Shown piece after piece: positions 1 through 8,974 of a DNA stretch of 51,911 bases; the first letter of the stretch is position 1, and each line of letters opens with the position of its first letter. Both the position numbers and the translations under genes were made by a program. The stretch covers positions 1 to 51,911 of the forward strand of contig CAYVNM010000006.1 in NCBI GenBank assembly GCA_964453075.1, in the 5' to 3' direction. The notes under the pieces were generated by a model. It searched no databases and was not told where the DNA came from. It saw nothing but the letters and a program-made list of their open reading frames with translations. The DNA comes from an uncultured Candidatus Saccharibacteria bacterium (GTDB lineage: Bacteria; Patescibacteriota; Minisyncoccia; Phycocordibacterales; DATDWN01).

Positions 1-54
1 ACCTACGACCTTATCCTTAAGAGGGATCTGCTCTACCAGCTGAGCTATGGGCGC
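1..54 (-). tRNA. tRNA-Lys(CUU), 5' portion only (cut by window edge)
   Basis: Reverse complement reads GCGCCCA TA GCTC AGCTGGTA GAGC A GATCC CTCTTAA GGATA AGGTC GTAGGT: acceptor, D arm and a 7-nt anticodon loop with CUU. Confidence 0.8.
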
Positions 55-60
55 AAAAAC

Positions 61-234
61 TTATATTACCACAAAACGAAGTTTCGTCGGAGCCTCGGTG
101 GGGTAATCTTTTTGAATTTTATTTCGTCGTCACTCAATAAAATTCAAAACGCAGATTTCCGACAAACGCTGGTGCGTCTGTAGACCGTAAATCTGTTCAA
201 TTCCCACGCGTAAAGCGTTGCTTTACTCGCGGGC
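61..234 (-). ncRNA. tRNA-Leu-trailing, tRNA-derived structured element (copy A)
   Basis: Starts directly after tRNA-Leu(UAA). GCCCGCGAG[hairpin]GTGGGAATTGAAC is an inverted copy of that tRNA's 3' acceptor/T-arm. Two further hairpins follow, then a closing CCCAC strand. Same architecture as 7913-8056. The functional strand is uncertain. Confidence 0.45.
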
Positions 235-319
235 TGGTGCCCGAGGTGGGAATCGAACCCACATCCCTTACGAGACACGATTTTAAGTCGTGCGCGTATA
301 CCAATTCCGCCACTCGGGC
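235..319 (-). tRNA. tRNA-Leu(UAA)
   Basis: Reverse complement reads GCCCGAG..CACGA CTTAAAA TCGTG..long variable arm..GTGGG TTCGATT CCCAC CTCGGGC A CCA. Type II cloverleaf with encoded CCA. Confidence 0.92.
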
Positions 320-351
320 AAACATCTACCAATACACAAAATATTTTTGTG

Positions 352-426
352 TGGAGGCCTGGGGCGGAATTGAACCGCCGTATAAAGATTTTGCAGATCT
401 TTGCCTTACCACTTGGCTACCAGGCC
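352..426 (-). tRNA. tRNA-Cys(GCA)
   Basis: Reverse complement reads GGCCTGG TA GCCA AGTGGTAA GGCA A AAGAT CTGCAAA ATCTT ..GGCGG TTCAATT CCGCC CCAGGCC T CCA. Confidence 0.92.
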
Positions 427-434
427 TATAAATT

Positions 435-758
435 CTAGCCTTGACTCAACAAATCGTCAATTTTTTGGCGATTTTTTTCTCCGTCATCTATCTCAAAATC
501 CATTTGAGGAATTCTTCCTAGTCTAGAGTTTTCTTTTACAAATTCCTTGAATTCGCTTCTTTTTCTTTTTGCAAATTCCAAAGCGGTTTTTTCGAAGTCT
601 ATCGGAAAAACCGTAAACAAAATAGTAGCATATTTTCCATCTCTCGTTAAATTAACATCTGTAACAGTTATAAGAGAAGAGCCATTTCCGTTTAAAGATA
701 AAAATCTAGCCCCTAAATCATGAAGAATCTCTTTTATTTTTTCGTTTCTATTAGCCAT
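435..758 (-). CDS. rbfA: ribosome-binding factor A
   Basis: 107 aa ORF immediately downstream of infB (classic infB-rbfA order). RbfA-like size and pattern (..ITVTDVNLTRDGKYATILF..). Confidence 0.8.
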   Translation of the reverse strand: MANRNEKIKEILHDLGARFLSLNGNGSSLITVTDVNLTRDGKYATILFTVFPIDFEKTALEFAKRKRSEFKEFVKENSRLGRIPQMDFEIDDGEKNRQKIDDLLSQG

Positions 759-2273
759 CTATTTTTCAGTAATTATAAAGCTCTCTATAATATCTCCTGG
801 AGCAATTTCCACTGTGGCTACAACCATAGATCCAAATTCTTTTCCTTCTTTTACTTCATCCACAGAAACTTTTTGTTGTTGTAATTCACGTATTTTTCCT
901 TCTCCTATTTTTGCATCTTTACGTAGTATTTTTACCTGAGATCCGAGACCTATAGCTCCTTTTTCTACTCTACCACCAAAAATTTGTCTGTCTTTTATTT
1001 TACTAAACACTTTCAGAACTTTTATAACTCCTACAGTTTCTTCTGTTTTTATTTTTGGTGTTCTTGTTTCCAAAACTTCTTTCAACCACTCGTTCATTTT
1101 GTAAATAATGTCAAAAGTTTTTATCTCTATTTCGTTTCTGTCTGCAAGGTGTTTTGCTGGAGAATCTATTTTTACATTGAAACCTATAATTATTGCTTTT
1201 TCCTTTCCGTCGGCTAATCTTACATCATTTTCAGATATTGTACCTATCCCACAAGATATTATGTGAGCTGACATTCTGTCTGTGGTTAGTTTTTTTATTT
1301 CAGATGTCAAAGCTTCCAAACTACTACCAGTATCAGCCTTTATGATTACAGGTATAGAATTGGTCGAAGTTATAACATCGTCTGAATGATTATTAGTATT
1401 TTTATTTGAATTTCTGAAGATTCTTTCTTTTTCTATTTTTTCTCTGGCTTCGTCTCTGGTTTTATGTGTTTCAAATATGTCTCCCACTATGGGTAATTCA
1501 TCCCAACCTATTATTTTTACAGGACTAGAGAAAGTAGCTCTATCTATTTGTTTTCCCAAATAATTTTCCATAATTCTTACTGGAGCAGAGGCCGTACCAG
1601 ATGTTATATACATACCTTTTTCCAAGGTTCCATTTTTTATTATGCAGGTTGCAGATATTCCTTTTTTTATATCTCTGTTGCTTTCTATTATTGTTCCTTG
1701 AGCTGTAACTTCTGGATTTCCAGTCAGGTTTTCCATCTCTGATACAAGAATAATCATATCGAGTAAATCAGGTATACCTTCTCCTGTTTTTGCAGACAGT
1801 GCTACTACTGGAATGTCTCCACCATAGCCCTCTATATATATCTCGTTCTCAGTCAGACTTTGTTTTGTTCTATCTATATTTGCTTCAGGTTTGTCTATTT
1901 TATTTATAGCTATGATAAAAGGTGTATTTGCGTTTTTTATTGAGGATAAGGCTTCTAGTGTTTGGGGCTTCACACCATCTTCAGCTGAGACAACAAGTAC
2001 TACAACATCAGCAACGGATGCACCTCTTCGTCTTATGCCACAAAACGCCTCATGTCCTGGGGTATCTACAAAAGTTATGTTGTGTTTCTTACCTTCTTTT
2101 GATACATGCTCTACCTCGTATGCAGAGATGTGTTGGGTGATTCCACCCGCTTCATTTAATGGTTCTGAACTTTTACGTATATAGGAAAGAAGGGTTGATT
2201 TGCCGTGATCAATATGACCCATTATTGCCACAACAGGTCCGCGTTCTATAGTTTTTGTATTCGTAGTCTGCAT
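759..2273 (-). CDS. infB: translation initiation factor IF-2 (N-terminally short form)
   Basis: GTPase motifs GHIDHGKST, DTPGH and NKID, followed by the IF-2 C-terminal domains. 504 aa. Confidence 0.95.
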   Translation of the reverse strand: MQTTNTKTIERGPVVAIMGHIDHGKSTLLSYIRKSSEPLNEAGGITQHISAYEVEHVSKEGKKHNITFVDTPGHEAFCGIRRRGASVADVVVLVVSAEDGVKPQTLEALSSIKNANTPFIIAINKIDKPEANIDRTKQSLTENEIYIEGYGGDIPVVALSAKTGEGIPDLLDMIILVSEMENLTGNPEVTAQGTIIESNRDIKKGISATCIIKNGTLEKGMYITSGTASAPVRIMENYLGKQIDRATFSSPVKIIGWDELPIVGDIFETHKTRDEAREKIEKERIFRNSNKNTNNHSDDVITSTNSIPVIIKADTGSSLEALTSEIKKLTTDRMSAHIISCGIGTISENDVRLADGKEKAIIIGFNVKIDSPAKHLADRNEIEIKTFDIIYKMNEWLKEVLETRTPKIKTEETVGVIKVLKVFSKIKDRQIFGGRVEKGAIGLGSQVKILRKDAKIGEGKIRELQQQKVSVDEVKEGKEFGSMVVATVEIAPGDIIESFIITEK

Positions 2274-2306
2274 TGTGGTAATTGGTTACTGGGCTCATGA
2301 TTAAAT

Positions 2307-2777
2307 TTATTTTTCTAGATTTTTCTTAGCTCCATCTACTACCTCTTTTTCCTCATCCGTTAATTCAAAGTTACTTTCAAATTTTATAAGAGGTTTTGAA
2401 AATACACTAACTCTGTCTCTTGAATACAAGCTTGAAATAACAACCCCATCTCCGTTTTCACTTAAAAATGAAGTTGAGAAACTTTGACTACCTCCTTCTC
2501 CAGTTCCTTTAAATGGATTGAAGCGTATTGTCTCTACTGCTTGTATACTACGATTCAGACGCTTCTCTATATTTATGAAATATGAGACAGATTCCTTTTG
2601 GAACTCATTTAATTTGTCTAAATTGTTGTGTGCTGAGACGATAGAGTCCTCCAAGGATTTTGCGTTTTTACCCCTCAAAAGTCTCCACATCTTTATTTCA
2701 AGACGTACAATCCAACCAACAAGTATTACAATACAGGATATTAGGCCATATGTAACAAATAGAGGGTTGGATAGCAT
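2307..2777 (-). CDS. DUF4446-like membrane-anchored protein
   Basis: N-terminal TM helix, a coiled region, then RFNPF..G.GG.QSFS..L.ENGDGVVISSLYSR, typical of DUF4446. Start moved to the internal ATG at 2777 because the upstream part of ORF 2307..2867 overlaps a palindromic repeat arm. Confidence 0.55.
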   Translation of the reverse strand: MLSNPLFVTYGLISCIVILVGWIVRLEIKMWRLLRGKNAKSLEDSIVSAHNNLDKLNEFQKESVSYFINIEKRLNRSIQAVETIRFNPFKGTGEGGSQSFSTSFLSENGDGVVISSLYSRDRVSVFSKPLIKFESNFELTDEEKEVVDGAKKNLEK

Positions 2778-2840
2778 CCTGCTGATTATTACACATATTA
2801 TTGTCTTTTGCAAAATAAAAGGTATAGTAAATTGTAATCT

Positions 2841-2997
2841 CCTCTTCCTGTTTTGTTTCTGGAGCAACCTGTAATTTCCCAGCGGAAATTACAGGCCAGT
2901 CCTCGGTCGCACTCGTCAAGAGCCCTCGCTTTGCTCGGGTCGTTGACAAGACCGGCTTGCGACCTGCGGGGTCTCCAGAAACAAAAAGGAACAGGAG
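2841..2997. repeat. structured palindromic element, copy 1 (GC-rich core, AT-rich outer arms)
   Basis: Outer arms CTCTTCCTGTTTTGTTTCTGGAG / CTCCAGAAACAAAAAGGAACAGGAG. Inner hairpins CCTGTAATTTC-ccagcg-GAAATTACAGG and GGTCGCA..TGCGACC. Core AGTCCTCGG..AAGAGCCC..GGGTC..TGACAAGACC..GACCTGCGG is shared with 47465-47637. Confidence 0.6.
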
Positions 2998-3013
2998 ATT
3001 TTAGAGAAGAAGA

Positions 3014-4186
3014 ATGAAAATAAACAAAAACAAAAAAAGAATATTTTTAGATTATGCGTCCATTACACCAATAGATAAAAGGGTGAAAGACAAAATGGAC
3101 CAGATTCAGAAATCTACTTTTGCGAACCCTTCTGCACTGTATGGGGAGGCCATGGTTGCCAAAGAGATTATGTTACGAGCTAGGGAAAATATAGCTCAAA
3201 TTTTACATACTCAAAGTAAAGAAATCATTTTCACGAGTGGTGGTACAGAGGGGAACAACCTGGCTATTCTGGGTGTTTTTCAAAAAAATAAAACAAAAAA
3301 TTTCACACCTCATTTTATTACGGTCTCCACTGAACATCCGGCAATCCTGGAGGTTTTCAAAGAGGTAGAGCGTAGGGGTGGGGAAGTAACAGTACTTCCA
3401 GTGGATGAGGATGGATTATTATCGCTTCAGGACCTCAGACAATCTTTAAAGAAAAATACAGTTCTCGTCAGTGTGTCCTATGCAAATAATGAAATAGGTA
3501 CGATACAACCTATACACAGTATCGCTAGAATCATAAAGGATTTCAGATTAAAAAATAATACAGTTTTTCCTTATTTACATACAGATGCTTGTCAGGCCGG
3601 GTTGTATTTATCCTTGGATGTATTGAAGCTTGGTGTGGACATGATGACTTTGGATGGTATAAAAATATACGGACCTAGAGGAAGTGGAATATTGTATGTC
3701 AAAAACAATGTAGAGATGGACCCTGTATTTTTTGGTGGTGGTCAGGAGAGAGGACTGCGAAGTGGGACAGAAAATGTAGCTAATATATCTGGTTTATCAT
3801 TGGCGTTTGAAATCGCTAACAAAATGCGTGATAAGGAGACTTTGAGACTAGGCAAAATACAGGATTATGCTATTGATAAGATATTAAATCTTTTTCCGAA
3901 ATCATCATTGAACGGTTCAAGAAAATACAGATTACCTAATAATGTAAATATTTGTTTTGATGGTCTAGATGCAGAATTTGCAGTAATTTCTTTAGACGTT
4001 GCAGGAATCTCAGCATCATACTCTTCTTCTTGTAGGACTTTGAAAGAGGATTCATCTTCATATGTGGTAGAAAGTTTGGGTAAGGAGGGTTGTGGTAAAT
4101 CTAGCCTACGTTTTACTTTCGGCAGAGAAACAAAAAAAAGTGATATAGATTTTTTGATTACTTCTCTAAAAAGGATTATGTTATAA
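3014..4186 (+). CDS. cysteine desulfurase (class V aminotransferase, NifS/IscS-like)
   Basis: FTSGGTEGNN, HTDACQA, PLP-lysine context LDGIKIYGPRGSG, LRSGTENV, C-terminal Cys loop. Confidence 0.85.
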   Translation: MKINKNKKRIFLDYASITPIDKRVKDKMDQIQKSTFANPSALYGEAMVAKEIMLRARENIAQILHTQSKEIIFTSGGTEGNNLAILGVFQKNKTKNFTPHFITVSTEHPAILEVFKEVERRGGEVTVLPVDEDGLLSLQDLRQSLKKNTVLVSVSYANNEIGTIQPIHSIARIIKDFRLKNNTVFPYLHTDACQAGLYLSLDVLKLGVDMMTLDGIKIYGPRGSGILYVKNNVEMDPVFFGGGQERGLRSGTENVANISGLSLAFEIANKMRDKETLRLGKIQDYAIDKILNLFPKSSLNGSRKYRLPNNVNICFDGLDAEFAVISLDVAGISASYSSSCRTLKEDSSSYVVESLGKEGCGKSSLRFTFGRETKKSDIDFLITSLKRIML

Positions 4187-4195
4187 TAAACAAAT

Positions 4196-5020
4196 ATGGA
4201 GGATTTAAATAAAAATCAAATAGTTTTGTTAACTCTGCTCGTGAGTTTTGTGACTTCTATTGCTACTGGAATAATGACTACTTCTCTTTTGCAAGAAGCT
4301 CCGGTTGAGGTAACTAGGAATATAAATAGAATTGTAGAGAAAACAATAGAAACAGTTACTACTCCATCTGTCACCACATCGGGAGAAAAAGAAGTAACTA
4401 CCATTATCGTAAAGGAAGACGATATGATTGTTAGTTCAATAGACAAAAATGTAAAAAGTGTAGTGAGGATCAATGAGACCAATTCAGTTTCTCAGATAAA
4501 AACTTTTTATGGTATGGGGCTTGTTATAAATAAAGACGGCCTCATAATTGCAGACAGGAAAACAATTTCCAGCTTAATCAATTATTCTGCTGTCTTGAAC
4601 GACGGAAAAGAAGTTTCTCTCCTACCACAGGGTGTAGATAAACAAACAGATTTTATTTTATTCAAAATAATACCAGCAAACAATTCGACAGTAGCTTCAT
4701 ACGGTCTTACTCCTGCAGTGCTAAGTAGTGGAGAGGTAAAACTTGGTCAAACCTTGGCTAGTTTGGGAGGACAAGAAAGTAATTCAGTATCTGTGGGCAG
4801 AGTTATATCTTTAGATACAAAAGAATCTGGTACAGGTACATCGACTGTAAAGTATATATCAAGCATCAACACAGATATGGTTTCAAGTAATTTAGAGAAC
4901 GGTAGTCCATTGTTCAATCTATCAGGTGAAATCGTGGGGATACAGTTATCAAATAATTCTTCAAAATCATTTACTCCAGTATCCGTTTTAAAAAAGGATT
5001 TGAGCGTTTTACAGAACTAA
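4196..5020 (+). CDS. membrane-anchored trypsin-like (S1C/HtrA-like) peptidase-domain protein
   Basis: N-terminal TM helix, then a chymotrypsin-fold-like pattern (GMGLVINKDGLIIAD.., TDFILFKI, ..NGSPLFNLSGEIVGI). Catalytic residues not verified. Confidence 0.5.
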   Translation: MEDLNKNQIVLLTLLVSFVTSIATGIMTTSLLQEAPVEVTRNINRIVEKTIETVTTPSVTTSGEKEVTTIIVKEDDMIVSSIDKNVKSVVRINETNSVSQIKTFYGMGLVINKDGLIIADRKTISSLINYSAVLNDGKEVSLLPQGVDKQTDFILFKIIPANNSTVASYGLTPAVLSSGEVKLGQTLASLGGQESNSVSVGRVISLDTKESGTGTSTVKYISSINTDMVSSNLENGSPLFNLSGEIVGIQLSNNSSKSFTPVSVLKKDLSVLQN

Positions 5021-5090
5021 AAATTTTAATAATTTTTCAAACCCAAAAATTTTGACTTAGGCCAATTATAAGGCTATAATAAGCGAAATT

Positions 5091-7766
5091 ATGCCGCCAT
5101 TTAATCAATTTACAACAAAAGCAAAAGAGGCTATACGTAGGGCCCACGAGGTCGCTATTGAACGTGGACAAAACCATGTTAATTCACTGCATCTTTTGGT
5201 GGCTTTGGTGTTGCAAGAGGAGGGCATTGTTTCTTCAATTCTAGATAAATTAGAAGTAGACACAATATTACTTACAGATTCTCTTTTGGAAAATATAGAG
5301 GGATCAGATGCCGGACAAACTTTGTCTGCATCTTACCAAGTGTATCTTACACCAGATCTAGCATCTGTTTTGGAAACTTCTCTAAAACAAATATCCAAGC
5401 TTCATGATGATTTTGTATCAACTGAACACTTGTTTTTGGCATTGATAGAGGTTCCAAGTCCTGCTCGCGATTTGTTGATGAAATTTAAAATAGAAAAAGA
5501 TTCTGTTCTTAGAGTGGTGGAAGAAATAAGAAGTACAAAAATATCTGGCACAGACTCAACAAAAAAGTTTAAATCTCTTTCAAAATACACTAGAAATCTA
5601 ACAAAACTAGTGGGTATGAACAAACTTGATCCTGTTATAGGACGAGATGATGAGATATCCAGAGTAATACAAATTCTTTCTCGTAGAACTAAAAACAATC
5701 CAATCTTGATAGGAGAGGCTGGTGTGGGTAAAACAGCAATAGCAGAAGGCTTGGCTATTAGAATGGCAATGGGTGAGGTTCCAGAGTCTTTAAAAGACAA
5801 AGAACTTGTTTCGTTGGATCTCGGATTGCTAGTAGCAGGAACAAAATATAGAGGTGAGTTTGAAGAAAGGTTAAAAAATATTTTAAAAGAAATTGAAAAA
5901 TCAGACGGAAAAATTATTCTCTTTGTAGATGAAATACACACAATAGTGGGTGCTGGTTCTGCCGAAGGATCGCTTGATGCATCAAATATGTTGAAACCGG
6001 CTTTGGCTAGAGGAGAATTGCGTGCCATAGGAGCAACAACTCTAAAGGAGTATCAGAAACATATAGAAAAAGACCCAGCTCTTACAAGAAGATTTCAACC
6101 TGTTTATGTTAATGAACCAAGCATAGAGGATGCCATAACGATTCTAAGGGGACTCAAGGAAAAATATGAACTTTATCATGGTGTTCGTATTACAGACGAA
6201 GCAATAGTTGCAGCAGTTAATCTTTCTAGTAGATATATTTCTGATAGATTTTTACCAGATAAGGCTGTTGATCTAATTGATGAATCTGCTTCTTACCTAA
6301 AGATAGCACTTGAAAACAAACCTCCGGTCTTGCAAAACGCGCATTCAAAAATAGTAAAACTTCAAATAGAACACGAGGCTTTGAAAAAAGAAACAGACGC
6401 AAAATCAAAAGCCAGAATTAAAGAAATAGAAAAATCTATAGCAGATCTAAAGGAAGAGACTGGAGAGATAGAACTCAAGTGGAATAATGAAAAAGAGACT
6501 GTTAATGATATAAAAAGCATCAAGAAACAACTTGAGGAACTTCGTCGTGAGGCAGAAACAGCTGAGGCTAGAGCTGATTTAGCTTTAGCCGCAGAAATAA
6601 GATATGACAAGATTCCTACTCTGGAAAAAGATTTGGATAATAAGGCCAAAAGACTGAAGAAGCTTCAGTCTTCGCGCAGGATTTTGAAAGAGGAAATCAC
6701 AGAGAATGATGTTGCTACTATAGTTTCAAAATGGACAGGTATACCAGTTTCTAGAATGTTAGAAGAAGAGGCAGATAAACTAAATAGAATGGAAGATGTT
6801 TTGGAAAAAACTATAGTTGGTCAAAAAGAAGCTGTAAAAAAGATTTCAGACACAATAAAAAGAAGTCGTGCTGGTATCGCAGATCCAAATAGACCTATTG
6901 GTTCCTTCTTGTTTTTGGGTCCAACTGGTGTGGGAAAAACAGAACTTACAAAAGCTTTAGCACAATTCATGTTTAATGATGAGAAAGCTTTAATACGTAT
7001 AGACATGTCGGAGTTTATGGAGAAACATAGTGTCTCCAAGATTTTAGGTGCACCTCCGGGCTATGTTGGTCACGAAGAAGGTGGAACAATAACAGAAATT
7101 GTTCGTCACAGACCATATTCTGTAATTCTTTTTGATGAAATTGAGAAAGCTCATCCAGAAGTCTTTAATGTGCTTTTGCAAATTCTTGATAACGGAAAAC
7201 TTACTGATGCAAAGGGTAGGATAGTGAATTTCAGAAATACAGTTATTATACTGACTTCAAATATCGGTGCTCATTATATAGATAAGATGGAGAAAATAGG
7301 TTTTGCTTTTGATAGCAGTGAAAAAGCAAGTTATGAAGATGCAAAAAATAGAGTGATGGATGCATTAAAAGACAATTTCCGACCAGAATTTTTGAATCGC
7401 TTGGATGATATTATTGTGTTTGATATTTTGAGTCACGAGGCAATTGAGGAAATAGTTAAAATACAGGTAAATATCGTACGTGAGAGATTACTTCAAAAAG
7501 AGATAAAACTGGATCTTTCGCCAGCTGTTTTAGCGTACTTGGCCAAAGAAGGATATAGTCCACAATATGGTGCAAGACCATTGAAACGTCTAATACAAAC
7601 TAAGATACTTACTCCGATAGCAAGTCTCATGGTAAGCAAGGGGTTATCAAAAGGAGGGTCAATTGTGGTAGATATGAAGGCAGGAGAACTTGTCTTTAAT
7701 GTGAAAAAAGGTAAAAACGGATCTTTTGTTACAAATCCATTCACCCATGATGGAGTCTTGGCATAG
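5091..7766 (+). CDS. clpB: ATP-dependent chaperone ClpB
   Basis: Clp_N repeats, two AAA+ modules (GEAGVGKT, GPTGVGKT) separated by a long coiled-coil middle domain. 891 aa. Confidence 0.95.
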   Translation: MPPFNQFTTKAKEAIRRAHEVAIERGQNHVNSLHLLVALVLQEEGIVSSILDKLEVDTILLTDSLLENIEGSDAGQTLSASYQVYLTPDLASVLETSLKQISKLHDDFVSTEHLFLALIEVPSPARDLLMKFKIEKDSVLRVVEEIRSTKISGTDSTKKFKSLSKYTRNLTKLVGMNKLDPVIGRDDEISRVIQILSRRTKNNPILIGEAGVGKTAIAEGLAIRMAMGEVPESLKDKELVSLDLGLLVAGTKYRGEFEERLKNILKEIEKSDGKIILFVDEIHTIVGAGSAEGSLDASNMLKPALARGELRAIGATTLKEYQKHIEKDPALTRRFQPVYVNEPSIEDAITILRGLKEKYELYHGVRITDEAIVAAVNLSSRYISDRFLPDKAVDLIDESASYLKIALENKPPVLQNAHSKIVKLQIEHEALKKETDAKSKARIKEIEKSIADLKEETGEIELKWNNEKETVNDIKSIKKQLEELRREAETAEARADLALAAEIRYDKIPTLEKDLDNKAKRLKKLQSSRRILKEEITENDVATIVSKWTGIPVSRMLEEEADKLNRMEDVLEKTIVGQKEAVKKISDTIKRSRAGIADPNRPIGSFLFLGPTGVGKTELTKALAQFMFNDEKALIRIDMSEFMEKHSVSKILGAPPGYVGHEEGGTITEIVRHRPYSVILFDEIEKAHPEVFNVLLQILDNGKLTDAKGRIVNFRNTVIILTSNIGAHYIDKMEKIGFAFDSSEKASYEDAKNRVMDALKDNFRPEFLNRLDDIIVFDILSHEAIEEIVKIQVNIVRERLLQKEIKLDLSPAVLAYLAKEGYSPQYGARPLKRLIQTKILTPIASLMVSKGLSKGGSIVVDMKAGELVFNVKKGKNGSFVTNPFTHDGVLA

Positions 7767-7804
7767 ATGTGTTTGTTGTGTTAAAGTAGTTAGGTTATAA
7801 ACAT

Positions 7805-7887
7805 GCGTAGGTGGTAGAGTGGTCAATTACAACAGACTGTAAATCTGTCGCCTTCGGGCTACGGGGGTTCAAATCCCTCCCTACGCA
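7805..7887 (+). tRNA. tRNA-Tyr(GUA)
   Basis: GCGTAGG..CAGA CTGTAAA TCTG..long variable arm CGCCTTCGGGCTAC..GGGGG TTCAAAT CCCTC CCTACGC A. No encoded CCA. Confidence 0.9.
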
Positions 7888-7888
7888 C

Positions 7889-7912
7889 AAAAAATCCCCG
7901 CAAGGGGATTTT
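7889..7912 (+). terminator. hairpin after tRNA-Tyr
   Basis: AAAATCCCC-gcaa-GGGGATTTT. Confidence 0.55.
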
Positions 7913-8251
7913 GTGCGTAGGAGCAAAACGAAGTTTTGCGTGAGGGATTTGAACGGATTAGCGGTTTACGCTCGCAGTAGCGAGTGTCGCTAATCCGGTG
8001 CCCAGAAAATTTCAATTCGACGGAATTGAAATTTTCGAGGGAAAATCCCTCCTACTGTTACGTAGGGATTTGAAGACCTTTGATAGTTTTTTGTGAGTTT
8101 ACGAAACAAAAAACAGAAGAGGCTAAAATAGTTTGTTAAACTATTTTAGAAGGTTGTCTATGTTTTTAGAGAGTAGCGAATAAAAACATAATACAACCTG
8201 AACTGAACTTGTAGAGTTTACCGAAACTGTAAGTTTCAAATCCCAAATCTT
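7913..8251 (+). ncRNA. tRNA-Tyr-trailing, tRNA-derived structured region (copy B plus extension)
   Basis: TGCGTAGGAG[CAAAACgaaGTTTTG]cgtGAGGGATTTGAAC is an inverted copy of the tRNA-Tyr 3' end. Hairpins GGATTAGCG..CGCTAATCC and GAAAATTTCAATTC-gacg-GAATTGAAATTTTC follow, with closing ATCCCTC-CTAC. Further T-arm fragments lie at 8062-8075 and 8234-8244, enclosing AT-rich hairpins. Confidence 0.45.
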
Positions 8252-8366
8252 GTGACGATAAGAAAAATATCCGTGACCAAATTTCTTTTTCTAAATAAGA
8301 AAATTGACAGCATGTTATTTTATAAGTATTATTAATTTTGGAAAAAACCTTTTGTCTGGAGGAGTT

Positions 8367-8849
8367 ATGTCAGAAAACGTTGATAGACTTCGTATGCTGG
8401 AGAATGGGTTCTGGACCAACAAAAAGGGAGAGGTTTTTCCTCTCTCTGATGTGGGCGATATCTGGCTCATGCATCTGCTGAAGAAGCTGGATATCTATCG
8501 TACTGGCAACTCATCAAGAGCAGATCGCATGAACAAAATGTACACACTCATTTTGGCAGAGTGTGACAAGAGGAAGTTGGTTACATCTTCTCCGAGATCA
8601 AACAAGTTGTGCCATTGCGGAAGGGTTGGTCTCTACAACGTCAGAGTGATGCAGAATGGTCACCTGAGGTCCCACTATTTCTGTGCGGAACATCGTCAAG
8701 AGGCCATGACTTTGCAGAAAGTGGTTATGGCTAAGAGAGATGTGGGTAAGACACTGAGGGAGAAGGACAGAAAGGAATTTGACCAGGAAGATGCCTGTCG
8801 TTCTGCTGCCAAAAAAACAACAAAATTCGGAAAAGGAGGGTATCGTTGA
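8367..8849 (+). CDS. hypothetical protein (GC-rich cassette C1)
   Basis: Promoter TTGACA(8304)-17 nt-TATTAT. GGAGG SD 5 nt before ATG 8367. 160 aa with a Cys/His cluster (CHCG..FCAEH). Wobble-containing hairpin 8882-8906 plus TTTTCC after the stop. Visibly GC-richer than its flanks. Confidence 0.6.
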   Translation: MSENVDRLRMLENGFWTNKKGEVFPLSDVGDIWLMHLLKKLDIYRTGNSSRADRMNKMYTLILAECDKRKLVTSSPRSNKLCHCGRVGLYNVRVMQNGHLRSHYFCAEHRQEAMTLQKVVMAKRDVGKTLREKDRKEFDQEDACRSAAKKTTKFGKGGYR

Positions 8850-8974
8850 TTTTTACGACAGCCCTCTAGTTCTTTTGGAAAGAAGGCCTCACGGTGGTTG
8901 TGGGGTCTTTTCCATAAAGGTTGCTTTTTTTTCGCCTTTTGTGTATGCTCTAAGAACTTAAATAAATCAAATTT

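Noticed and set aside
5402-6028. 208-aa antisense ORF inside clpB, and similar antisense ORFs at 984-2184, 6226-7039, 14092-14409, 42527-43946 and 45418-46951.
   Set aside because: They lie fully within strongly supported housekeeping genes on the opposite strand. They have low-complexity, Ser/Phe/Ile-rich composition and no SD or promoter. They are chance ORFs.
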